Of a stretch of DNA of 61,848 nucleotides, positions 49,807 to 61,762 are shown piece after piece. The notes beneath the pieces were generated by a model. The model was not told the origin of the DNA. It searched no databases and worked only from the letters and a program-made list of their open reading frames with translations. Within the stretch, counting starts at the first letter, position 1, and each line of letters starts with the position of its first letter. The position numbers and the translations under genes were made by a program. The stretch comes from Reclinomonas americana ATCC 50394 (taxonomy: Eukaryota). The stretch lies in contig PS015384.1 in the NCBI GenBank assembly GCA_048213135.1, positions 1 through 61,848 of the forward strand. Direction: 5' to 3'.

Positions 49807-50942
49807 ATGAGCGACAAGAAGGTCCTCAAGCTTCCTCTGTTGCTGTTGTCGACAGTGTGCTGACGTGGTGTGCGTTTGCGCAGAGTGTTGGATGCCGTCG
49901 GTGCTGGTACGATGTGTGGTTTGTCATCTGGTTCGCAGTGTACCCCGTGACGGTGCTCATCAGGTGCGTGCTTGTTATGCGGGTGTGAGGCGTAGGCGTG
50001 GAGTGAGTGAGTGAAAGAGTGAGAGAGTGAGTGAGTGAGATTTGAGGAAGAATTGTGCATGATTTCGCGCGCGTTGTGTTCATGTGTGCATATGTCGAGC
50101 TCTCATTGTCTTTCTGCGCCACACATGCGCATATGCTGCCGACAGTGACTACTTCAACTTCCAAGGCGCCATGCACCGTTGCGTCTGCGTCTGTGCGTGG
50201 TTGGCGCCATGCGCAATTTGGTTCACTCACACGCGCACACACCGCGCCCCCTCCACAGAGGTTGACGTGCACGAGCTCGGCAGCTACGAGATGTGGCCGT
50301 GGAACCCGCCGAAGCAGCTGCTGCAGCTGTACCTGCAGTGGTGCGATGCCGCCGATCCGCTTCTGTGCGCCAACCCGCCCTACTTCCAGACCATGGAGGC
50401 CATCAACATCCTCTTCCTGCTGTGGTTCTCTGTCGTGCAGCTCTTTGGCTTCATTGGCGGTGCGTGTGTGTGTGTTAACCAACACGCAAAGCAAACATGC
50501 GCACCCCCACGTGTGATTGATTGGTGGTGATACAGGCTGGAACTCGATCCGCAAGCTCGGCCTTGTGTGGGCCGCCTGCTGCTTCTACTCGGTGGTCGTC
50601 TGCTGCGGCGAGGTGTGTGTAATACGCGCGATAGGTCGATTCCTCGACGTTACCGAATTGTGTTGTCTGCAGACCTTCCTCGGTGCGTCGACGTCGCGCT
50701 CGCCGCACCCGCAGTGGTACCTCGCCATGTACATCCCGTACGCGGTGTTCCCGGTGCTGCTGTTCTGGCGTCTGTGGAGCGAGAAGCCGTTCTCGGCCTC
50801 GGGACTGCCGTCGACGTTTGGTGCCCTCATCATGTCGCTGACTGGCATGGCCACGCTCGCGCAGTTCGGCTTCTTCATGTACCAGTTCATCGCCAAGCAC
50901 GGTGTCATTGTGTTCCCGGAGCTGGCGCAGTACATCTTCTGA
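49807..50942 (+). CDS. EXPERA-domain membrane protein (TMEM97/EBP-like)
   Basis: YDVWFVIWF...SD, YLQWCDAADPLLCANPPYF...E, GWNSIRKLGLVWA, YIPYAVFPVLLFWRLW match the EXPERA pattern. Confidence 0.8.
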
Positions 50943-51056
50943 GGACGCCCTTCGCCCACCCCAGCTGCGACAATGATGTCAAGTGTCCTATGTCGCGGCA
51001 CACACACATAGATTAGTAAAAACCCTCGGAGAGAAAGGAAGCTGTGGGGGACGACG

Positions 51057-53121
51057 ATGGGAACGTGTGCGTGCAAGGGCTCCGCGGTGATGGAGCGGGG
51101 CATTCACACACAGCAGATTGTTGCGCCCGCACACCAGGAAAGATCACCAGAACTATCTCATGTTCTCACACACACACGCAGCTCACTGCCAGAGTGACAA
51201 CAAACGGGCATGTGGCAGAGGTTGGCGACAACGACCTGGGCTCCGAGGCCTCACTGTCGCACATTGAGGTTTGCACGCCCATCATGACACACGCGAGATG
51301 AAATCGCTCATCCTTCTTTCGTCCAGGTCGAAGAGGTTCCCGAGGCCATGTGGATCTCACTCATGTCGTTCATGGACTTGAACGATGTTACGCGACTGTG
51401 GCGTGTCTCTCGCGACTTTTGTCGATGGCTCGAACGGTGGGTGATTGTAGGGTCCTCGCGTCGTTCTTCTGTGCATCTCATTGCCACAGCGCAGGCATGC
51501 GACGATCGAGGTTGGACGGGAGCAGCTGGCCAAGGCCTCCTCCTTGCCCACTGAGGCCCTCATCGGTGGCATGTTTGCGTCGTTTGGTGGACTTTGCGCG
51601 TTGCATTTGGACGGAGGTGGGACACATGCTGCTGTTGCTGCTGCTGCACGTGCATGCATTTACTTGTGCATTTCGTCGGGGTGCAGTCGCACTTGGGCCA
51701 CGGGAGACGCGGGAGATCGCCGAAGGCATCCGATCCAACTCTGGCTCGCTGCGCACGCTCACGCTGACTCGCAACAGCATTGGCGAGGACGATTTGCGAT
51801 TGTTGGCCAAGCCGCTGCAGGAGAACCGATCCATCGTCACGCTGCGATTCAACAGTTGCGCCCCGCCCTACCACCCGCGCTGTCTGTCTGTTTGTCTGAC
51901 TGACTGTGCGCACAGCCAATACGGTGGGCGAACGGGGTGCCGATATGTTTGCGGCCGTGTTGCGCAGCAATGATGCGTTGCGGACGCTGACCATTGGATG
52001 TGCGTCTCTCTCACCATGCCGTCTTGCGCCGGTGACGTGCCTCTCCTCACCAAACCTACTTGTCACCTGCGTAGTTGCTGGGATTGGTGACACGGGTGCC
52101 GAGCAGCTGGCGGCCGCGCTGCATGTGAATCAGTCGCTCACGGTGTTGGAGCTGCACGGTGAGGAGACGTCCTTATCCCTTATCAGCAACGTGGAACTGA
52201 AGCGCAGGATTGCTGCAGGAAACAAACTGGAAGACGCCGGCGCGACTGCGCTGGCTCGCATCGTGGCCACACACGAGTCACTGCGTGCACTCAAGCTGTC
52301 GGGTGAGTCGTCCGTGAATGTCATGCACGTGCGTGCTCGACGATTGCCGACCACTGCATGCAGGCAATATGCTGGAGGAGGCCAGTGGGCAAGCACTTGC
52401 GGATGCTCTTTCCGCTAATCGTGTGCTGGAGAAACTCGATGTGGGAGGTGAGAGAAGGAGGGAAGCAAGGATGCAGTGTCGTGCACATTCCCACCGCCCC
52501 ATGTGCGCACAGTCAATGACTTTGGTGATGTGGCGGTCGGTTTCTTTGCCGATGCACTACGGTGCGACAACAACACGCTGCGCAGCCTGAGTTTGAACAA
52601 GAGCCGCATTGGCGAAAAGGGAGCGCGACAGCTGGCCGAGATGCTGCGGGGGAACAAGTCGCTGACGTTCCTCGATGTGTCGGGTGTGTGTCATGGTGGC
52701 GACGGTCTATGTGCACCACTATGAATTGCTCACCGCCGTCTTTTGTGTGTGCAGAGAACCAGTTCGGCCTGGAGGGTGTGCGCGACTTTGCCGCGGCCGT
52801 GGCAGAGAGCATCACACTTAAGGTGCTGGTGTTCAACGGTGCGGCGCAGTTCTTTCCTCTGCCATCTTCGTCACTGGTGCGACTTATATGCTGTATGCGT
52901 GCAGGAATGAAGTGCCGTGAGGAGGGGGCGGAGCTTGTCGGCGACATGCTGTGTATCAACGAATCGCTGGACAGTGTGGAACTGTGCCAGAACGAGTTTG
53001 GCGAGCGCGGCATGGTGCACATTGCGCGCGGTGTCACCGAGAACGACACACTCGTCTCCTTGTCGCTGTCATGTACGTCTCTGCCTTGCCACTCTCTCCT
53101 TCACCACTTTCATCAATGTGG
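51057..53121 (+). CDS. F-box + RNI-like LRR protein with N-terminal MGTCACK acylation-type motif (3' end in gap)
   Basis: F-box-like EVPEAMWISLMSFMDLNDVTRLWRVSRDFCRW; more than 10 LRRs of type LRTLTLTRNSIGEDD / LRSLSLNKSRIGEKGARQLAEML. Confidence 0.75.
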
Positions 53122-53579
53122 NNNNNNNNNNNNNNNNNNNNNNNNNNNNNNNNNNNNNNNNNNNNNNNNNNNNNNNNNNNNNNNNNNNNNNNNNNNNNNN
53201 NNNNNNNNNNNNNNNNNNNNNNNNNNNNNNNNNNNNNNNNNNNNNNNNNNNNNNNNNNNNNNNNNNNNNNNNNNNNNNNNNNNNNNNNNNNNNNNNNNNN
53301 NNNNNNNNNNNNNNNNNNNNNNNNNNNNNNNNNNNNNNNNNNNNNNNNNNNNNNNNNNNNNNNNNNNNNNNNNNNNNNNNNNNNNNNNNNNNNNNNNNNN
53401 NNNNNNNNNNNNNNNNNNNNNNNNNNNNNNNNNNNNNNNNNNNNNNNNNNNNNNNNNNNNNNNNNNNNNNNNNNNNNNNNNNNNNNNNNNNNNNNNNNNN
53501 NNNNNNNNNNNNNNNNNNNNNNNNNNNNNNNNNNNNNNNNNNNNNNNNNNNNNNNNNNNNNNNNNNNNNNNNNNNNNNN
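53122..53579. other. Assembly gap (N run)
   Basis: N characters. Confidence 1.
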
Positions 53580-54060
53580 TTCGCTGCCGAGTTCTGCCAG
53601 CAGCCTCTGCGCCTCTCTGTGAAAGCGAATGGATGAATGAGCGAGTTGAACGAGGAACGCAACCGCGCATCACTCAACTGCTTCTTTTCGCGAATGGCCT
53701 CAATGGTGCTGTGCAGGGCACGGATCGACGACGCATTCTCGTCGGCGTAGGTCTGCCGCTGAAGCACCGTCGTCTTCTCCTCGACTTCGTGCTCACGCGC
53801 ATCCACTCGTCTTCTCATCTCTGTGTGCGTGAGCGGGGGCTCGTAGTGAGAAGGGAGGAGGGAAGGGGAGGGAGGTGAGGAAGAGGGGAGCACCCACCAT
53901 CCACCACATTGTCGACATCGGCGGCCTGGCGGTCGAGGTGCCGGCGCACTTCATCACGCAAGTGCTGGATGTTCTGCGCCGTGCGCACATCTTCTGGGCC
54001 CTCATCGGCCAACAGATCGCGAAAGTCGTCAAGACCAGCAGCCAGATCCAGGTCGTCCAT
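53580..54060 (-). CDS. Coiled-coil protein, 5' part only (3' end in gap)
   Basis: MDDLDLAAGLDDFRDLL...VDNVVD|EMRRRVDAREHEVEEK...IEAIREKKQ|EAQRLLAELGSE joined by two GT-AG introns. Confidence 0.65.
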
Positions 54061-54741
54061 TCTCTCTTTTCTCAACAAGTCTGTAACGGTCAGAATTGCC
54101 GACCGACGGACACCGATTGTGGAAATAAAACATCGGGAAGAACACAGCGACCGTCTGCATGCAGCGAGGTGAAGAGGAGGGTGATAGTGAAAAGAAGAAA
54201 GTGCACGCTCGGTCACTGCCGTTCAAACGCTGGTGACGAAAGATGGTCGGAAAAACAAAGATATCGCGATCGAGCGCGAATGCACACCACTCCCCGAATT
54301 CGAACACAAGGCCGCCACCGCCATCCCGGCAACGGAGGCACGATGTAGTCCCTCACCAGCAAGCCAATCTCCTTTCTTTCCGGGGGCACGATGTGCAGTC
54401 ACTGCACCGACAGCAACTACAAACCATCGCGATATATCGATATCGATCGAACAACGCGGAGCTCTCTCCGACCACACCACCCTTGACACACCTGTTGTGG
54501 CATCCGTCGTACCTTCCTGTGCATCCCTCCAAACAACAAGTTGTGGTAACGCCTCTTGCCACACTTGCGGCCTGCCACTGCCACAATTGGCAGGTGCAGT
54601 TGAGCAGCGTACACCATTCATGCTCCAGTATCTCTGTCGGGGGACACTTTTTATGTTCTTTGGATTATTCTGCGTCGCCGAGCACTCGCCGTGTACCTGC
54701 TATCTTCCCTCCTTTCTTCACCCATCTGCATCTTGCAGAAG

Positions 54742-56672
54742 ATGCAGCAGCAACAGGCCGAGGCCATTGGCACGGTGTCGCGATCGGGCCCGCACCATGC
54801 TAGCGCTGACGCTGGCATGCTGCTGCCTCCGCTGCTGCTGCCGCCCCCTTCGCTGCCACTTCCTGCAAGCACCGTACACATGGCGGTACCGGTAGCCATC
54901 GAGGAGAGGCAGGTCGACAATGCAAGCGGCCGCCGTTTCTCACTCACCTTGCCCGATGTGGCCATGACACTGGAAGACGCCTCCCGACTGCACGCCGAGG
55001 ACAGTGACGACGACGAAGAGGACTACGAGCTCGACGAGGATAACGACGACGACGGTGACGAGGGGGCAGGCAGGCAACGTGACGGCCTTCGCAGCGGCGG
55101 CGGAATCGCCACGGCTGCCACCACCGCAGCAACTCCGGCCGGCGCGGCTGCAAGAAGCCGCTCCACAGCTGCAGGAAAGCGCAAGATCGAGATGATGTTT
55201 CTGGAGGCCAAGAACCGCCGCCATATTACATTCAGCAAACGCAAGGGCGGACTGATGAAGAAGGTGAGGAGAGCCGATTTACGCGCTGCGACACAGCTGT
55301 CTGCAAATTGTAGTTGACACTCACCGCTGCGCTGCGTACAGGCGTACGAGTTGAGTGTGCTGGCGGCTGCACAAGTGCTGGTGCTGGTCGCCTCCGACAA
55401 GTGCCACGTGTACACGTTTGCCACGAGCAAGTTGCAGCCAGTGGTCACACGTCCGGAGGGCAAAGGACTCGTGCAGATGTGCCTCAACATGCTTGCAATT
55501 GACTCGGACGAAGAAGACGACGAGGATGGAGTCGACAACGTCAAGGAGGAGGCTGGTGGGCGCCGCCGAGGGAAGCAGCCAGCCGGACGACAGCAGCGAC
55601 GAAATACAAAAGACCGAGTTCGACAACAACTCCAGTTGCCACAGCTGCCGCCGGCTCCACCACCACTTCTTCTTGATCTTCCTCCGCTGCCACTGCCGCC
55701 ACCACCACCGCCACCACCAGTGCTGATGGCAGTACCAGCGGAGTCTCGCGGGGACCACCCACCGCTGCCTATCTCTGAATCAGGCAACATCAGTTGGGTT
55801 TTTGCTGCTGTATTTCCTGTTATTCGCACAAAGAAGTTTGCGCTCACCACCATATTTGGCAATCACATAGATATCCAGACAAACACAGGAGTGAGCCCCT
55901 GGCGACGTGCGCTGCCGTCGGCGTCATACAGCGCACCAGATCCGGGGCCACATTATCTGTATGCAGAGGCGCCCCCGTCACCTGCTGGGCGCTCCGCGTA
56001 CAGTTCTGGTACCATCTCGTATCACCAGTTGCTGCCTCCCCCGCCTCTGACGACGCTTCCTCTCCCTCCACCACCACCACCGCCACCACCACCACCAACT
56101 TCCTTGTACCCACCCAGCCGATCGTACGTACCAATTGCTCCCGAGCTGTCCCTGGTCGAGGCTTCATCGTTCGTCGGCCACGGTGGTTCATCTCTCGGCT
56201 TGTCGCCACACACTCACAGCCGTCTGCGATCCGATGGCATCAGCCAGCCGGTGAGTGGACGCAACTTGGCGGAGAAAGTCGCGACCGGAAAATCGATATC
56301 TCACGTGTGCCTACAATACAGCACGGACTGTCGAGCCCGACTGGCAGCTCCACGCCACGCCGCCTGTCGAATCCGTTCCTCACCGACTTGCTGGCCTCGC
56401 CTTCGTCGTCGTTCATGCAACGCACATCTTCTGGCGCTTCGCTCACGCAGTATGCATGCCAGCTGCCGAGCCATCCGCCGGATTCGCCGCGCATCCCGCT
56501 GCAACAGCTGATCAACAGGAAGCCGTCCATGCCGCCGACTCCGTCGAGCACCACAGCCTCAACGACGACGACGACGACCACCACCACCACAACAGCAACT
56601 TCTCACGGAACTCCGCTACGTCGTGCTCCCTCCGCGCGGTCACTCAGCTTCTCCAACTCGGGCGGCTTATGA
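54742..56672 (+). CDS. SRF: SRF/MCM1-type (type I) MADS-box transcription factor with Pro/Ser/Thr-rich C-terminus
   Basis: GKRKIEMMFLEAKNRRHITFSKRKGGLMKK|AYELSVL...VLVLVASDKCHVYTFATSKLQPVVTRPEGKGLVQMCLN includes the SRF-specific extension after the MADS core. Confidence 0.88.
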
Positions 56673-56835
56673 ACTCAGCCGCCGCACGCTCTCGACGACC
56701 ATGTATCATCACACCGTTTGCATCATGTACTGCACAACACACACACACACACATACAAAATACACAAAAGCATTTTCCAATGTGCCCTCCTCCTTCTCAC
56801 TCACTCTCACTCTCTCTGTCGCCTTCGCGTGCTGT

Positions 56836-58665
56836 CTAGCGACGAGGGGCTGATCGTGATGGGCCAGCCGAGGGCGGTGAGCTGCCACTGCCCAACTCGT
56901 TGATAAAGTAGTCGCGGAGATCTGGCGGCAGGGCATCGAGGTCGCGCGCATCGCGGAACACGCCCTTCGGCAGGAACTTGAGCAGCTTGGAAGCATGCTC
57001 CCGAATCATGCGCTGTCGCTCCTGCTCGATAATGGCACGACGAGCAGCCTGTCGTGACTCCTCGTCCTCCATCTCCTGGCGCTCACGCTGCCGCTGCTCC
57101 TCCACCATGCGCCGACGTTCCTCAATGAGTCGGTCAACCTGAATCACACGAGTGAGTTGTCGTCGTCAGTGATTTGCATGCGCATGGCCAAGACAAACTC
57201 TCCCACTCACCTCCTTGCGGTGGTCCATTTGCTTGCGACGACGCTTCTCTTGGCTGAGTTGCTCCAGGCGATCGTCTTCTGCGAACTTTTCCAGCATCTG
57301 GCGACGGAACTCGTCCTCCTCCAGGCGCTCGGCTTCCGCACGCTCGGCCTTGACACGCATCTGGAACTCGTTGGCCTGAATCATCTCCAGACGAGAGCGG
57401 ATGCGCTTCTCGTTCTCCTCACGCTCCTTCTCGCGCTGCTTCTTGGCCTCCTCCTCCAAGTGCAGCTCCACTAGCAAGTTCTCGAACTCCTCCTGCTTGG
57501 CGCGCTCCTGCAGAATGCGCTCCGATTGCTGCACACGCACACAGAAAACAGACACCGTCAGTCACCAGTTTCGAGAGAGGAGATGAAGAGCGTGTGCAAA
57601 GACGCAACAATGGCAAGCAAACGGTCCTTCTCGGCCTGCACACCCGCACGCTTGGCCTCGCTGACTGCTGCTCGTGACTCTTGCTCCTCCAGGTATCGGC
57701 GAATCTACACGAGAAAAAGGTACTCACATGAGTTAAAGGGACCGGACATGCCACACAAAATCCACGTGACAAACCTGCTCGTTCTCCTCCTGCTGTCTCC
57801 GTCTCTCGTTCTCANNNNNNNNNNNNNNNNNNNNNNNNNNNNNNNNNNNNNNNNNNNNNNNNNNNNNNNNNNNNNNNNNNNNNNNNNNNNNNNNNNNNNN
57901 NNNNNNNNNNNNNNNNNNNNNNNNNNNNNNNNNNNNNNNNNNNNNNNNNNNNNNNNNNNNNNNNNNNNNNNNNNNNNNNNNNNNNNNNNNNNNNNNNNNN
58001 NNNNNNNNNNNNNNNNNNNNNNNNNNNNNNNNNNNNNNNNNNNNNNNNNNNNNNNNNNNNNNNNNNNNNNNNNNNNNNNNNNNNNNNNNNNNNNNNNNNN
58101 NNNNNNNNNNNNNNNNNNNNNTCATTGTTCATCATCATTACCATCATCATGATCAGAGGAGAGCACACTGCCAGAGTCTCTCTCACCTGCACAACCTTCT
58201 CTTGTCGCAGTTGCTCTGTGCGACGGCGACTGATCTCATTGGCAATGCGCTCCTCCTCCTCCACCAGGCGCTGCTGTTGCACACGCGCGCGCTCCGACTA
58301 CATCACACACACACACAGGCGACATGACATGAGTGACACACTCACACGTGCTGTCTCTCTTCAGAGTGCGCGCGCGCAACTTCCTCCATGGCCTGCTCAA
58401 GTGCCAGCTCCCGCTCGTACTCATCCAACTCCTTCTGGCGACGAAGGCGCGTCACCTTTCCGTCAGAGTACTGCGCGCCCGCAGTCAGACTGTGTGTGGT
58501 CAGCATGCCCTTGAGATCCTGCTGAAAGTGGTCGCGTTGCCGCTCCTTTTGCATGCGCATCTCATAGAGTCTGCGAGTCGCCTGTTTGTGTACACACACA
58601 CAGGTAGAGTAAGTCACGCAGACGAGTGTGTGTGTGAGAGAGAGAGCGTGGTGCTGGCGGACCAT
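56836..58665 (-). CDS. MNS1: Meiosis-specific nuclear structural protein 1 (axonemal microtubule inner protein)
   Basis: Trichohyalin-like E/R/Q coiled coil, MLEKFAEDDRLEQLSQEKRRRK and C-terminal IIEQERQRMIREHASKLLKFLPKGVF; the first coding exon is the ATG alone. Confidence 0.92.
57815..58121. other. Assembly gap (N run)
   Basis: N characters. Confidence 1.
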
Positions 58666-58716
58666 TTTCGTGTGAGCAAACGGTTGTGGGTGTGAGTCAT
58701 CGATTTACAGTCTACA

Positions 58717-61700
58717 TTAATGCGTTTTTGGCTGTTCGCGCAAACATGTTTCCACGAGGCGCGTCACTCGCTGGCCGAGATCGTCCACCTGCGGGTGAAT
58801 GCTGAGCAGAGTGAAGAACAGTGAACGAGAAGGCAACATGGTGTGCCGGACCTGATGATTCCACGAGACCACGAGTCGTGAGCTTCGGCAGGCCACCGAC
58901 ACGCCGCCGACGTTGATAAAGTCAGGCGCCGACGAGGAGATGGGCACGGAGTCGGACACGGCTCTGTTATGTACGACGTGAGGTGTGCGAATGGGGACAA
59001 AGGGGAGAGCGCGACGAACTGAGAGAGGGAGCACAGAATGCCCTCGAGGGTCGCCAGGCCTTCGGCGTCCGAGGCCACGCGGTGCACCACGGTGTGTTTT
59101 AGGCGGGTGACCGACACGCCGAGTGTTTGTTCCGCCTCTGTTGGCGACACAAGCACCGGGACCTGCGGGAGGAGGTCAGTCACCAAAGAGCGAGAAAAAC
59201 ATCGCGCTCTTCAAACACCACCACCAACCTCGCGATCTCGCAGGAGCAGCACGCCACGCACGGGGACCGAGTCACCGGGACAGCCGCCATCGGCTCCCGT
59301 CACTGCCAGACATCATCACACTACTGTCAGAGTGCTGTTCAGAACTGAAGCGGGGTGATTGTGGACGCAACTGGCGGCAAGTCGGCCGCGGCTTTCCGCT
59401 TGCAGCGACGCCGAAATGTCGACACTCATGGCGGGCCCGGGTGGCACCGACAGCTGTGTATGATAGGAACTTGCAATGATAAGTGGCACTTAGGTCAGCA
59501 CTCTCATGTGCAAGGTGGAGCACGCAACCGAGGCCGCTCCATCTTCCTCCATCTCGAGAAATCGCGCATCATCCGGTGTGCCCTGGATGCTCACCGAGGT
59601 CCCATTCGGCGGCGTCTCCACCGGCACTCCGATTTCACGCTCGATGCGTCGCTTCAAGTGCGCCCTGCCGCGGCAACGAGAGTGAGACGGAGAGAAGACA
59701 ACAATTTTCGCTCCAGACAGCGCGCACATTTTGGCCTTCTCGCCATGCACCAGCATGACGTTGCGCGGCTGCACCTGACGAATGAGCTGGAAAATGCCCT
59801 TGGCATCGGTGTGCGCACTGAAAGACATGTTCTCCACGCGCATTTGCACTCGCACTCGTGTCTTGCGGTCAATGTCGACTTCGGGAGCGCCCGACAGGAT
59901 CTTGGCGCCGACCGTGCCCGGCACGCAGTACCTACACTCGCCCCCCGCCCAACGAATCAGTAACCCAGTGGACGGCGCCTTCGTAAGCAAGACTGACGCA
60001 CCCTGGAATGACCACCATGTTCTTCTCGTCTTCACACCAGGCGCGGAACACCTCCAGCGACAAACCCGCGTGCAGCATGCCAGGCGTGGCAAACAGGACG
60101 CACGGTCCCGGTGCGCGCATGAGCGACCGGTCAAAGGCCTTGATGTGCCGAAAGTCGAACATGTTGCTACCAAGCACGGGAGAACGTGAGCGTGCACTCG
60201 GTCGCCACTCCCTCACTCATTCAGAAACTCACCGATCAGTGAACGTGGTCCGGATCTTCTCGTTCGTCCACTGAATGTACAACTGATAGTACAAGTTGGC
60301 CTTCTCGACCAGTCCTGTGCGGAGGCGCAGACCATCATCAGCTTCTGTTGCCACCCTTGTCGGCGAGAAGATGTATCGTACCTGCTGAAAAGTACACTGG
60401 CACCGTCAAACCCATGCGCTCCCAGTACGTCTCGATGAGAATGCACAGCTCTTGCGCTCGACCGAGTGCAAACACCGGAATCAACACCTGCGCCCCGCCA
60501 CGTGAGCCACGCCACTCCAACGCACACACACACACACATTGAAGAGACACAAAGACCTTGCCACCACGCTGCACCACTTGATGCACGTTGGCCAGGAAGG
60601 TGCTCTCGCGAGTGCGTTTCGAGTCACGCACAGTGGTGGCGTAGCTGAGTTAGAAAGGTGAGCGTGTGGGTGAATAATAGGGAAAGGGATCACGCGTCAC
60701 GCACGTGGACTCGGTAATGAGGAGATCCGGTCGCAAGAGGTCGGCGCTGGCCGCTCCCAAGTGTCGATCCGGAGTCATGTTGTAGTCGCCCGTGTAGAGC
60801 ACACTCTCGCCGCCGCATCGCACGTGGAACATGGCGGCGCCGAGCACCTGCAGAATGCTCGCGTGAGAAGGAGACGGAGAGAGTGCCAAAGAGAGGGTCG
60901 ACCACGCAACATGGCCGGCGTAGTACGCCGTGATCTCCATGTCATCGTCGACCACCACAGTCTCGCGCAGCTTGACGCAAATCACTGCGCGCCCACATGT
61001 GAGAGGGAAAATCACCATCACAAGACTGGCGCAACGATACAGCAGCGCCTCACCCTTCTTCATGCACGCCGCAATGTCGTCGGCCGTGAAAAAGTCAGTC
61101 TCGCCTCGCCGATCCACCGCAATGCGTCGAAAGTCTTCCAGCAGAATCGGGCAAATGGCGCGCGTGGGACCCTGCCAACGCGCAACAAGTAAGCGAAAGC
61201 TGTCTCCTCACAGCTCAGCGCTCCCTTCCACGCAACTGTCATATACACTGGTCCACTGTAGCCGCACTGCTCGGTAAAGTACGGCAGCGATCCGCAGTGA
61301 TCCAAGTGACTGCTCACAATCGATGATTCTTGAGACAACACACTCTCACTCACTCCGCCTGCCTGCATGCAAAAGTGTACGCAACAAGTGCGAGATGATC
61401 ACACAGTCGATGATCTGACTGTAGTCGCCAGTGCCGGCGCCTCGCAGGAACGCAAAGTCGGGGAAGCGTCGAGCATCGTTGAATCCCATGTGCATTCCAC
61501 AGTCAAACATGATGTTGCGCCCACTGTGTGCATGCGTGTGTGTGTGTGTGAGACAGGCAGGCAGAGAGGGAACAAGGTGAGTGCTTCTGCACGCGATGCA
61601 CGCACCCCAGTGTGACGACAACACACGAGCGACCGACATCTTGCCTGTGAGTGTGCATGCATGCATGTGCGATGAGTGAGTGAGTGGACGTACGTGTGTG

Positions 61701-61762
61701 TGCGTCAGTCACACGCAAGCTGTGTGAATGACCAACCCTGCACCGAGACACACGACTCGCAT
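58717..61762 (-). CDS. INTS11: Integrator complex subunit 11 (CPSF3L/CPSF73-II; metallo-beta-lactamase/beta-CASP endonuclease)
   Basis: [100 protein letters not shown] distinguishes it from CPSF73. A short upstream exon is possible. Confidence 0.95.

Noticed and set aside
12250-55888. In-frame, stop-free introns (12250-12315, 14296-14361, 55793-55888) as regulated retention events
   Set aside because: Short introns in GC-rich DNA are often a multiple of 3 and stop-free by chance; there is no evidence of retention without reads.
5636-58665. A functional ciliary gene cluster (CFAP74, TPGS1-like, MNS1)
   Set aside because: The genes are more than 19 kb apart and interleaved with unrelated housekeeping genes; three in about 21 is unremarkable for a flagellate.
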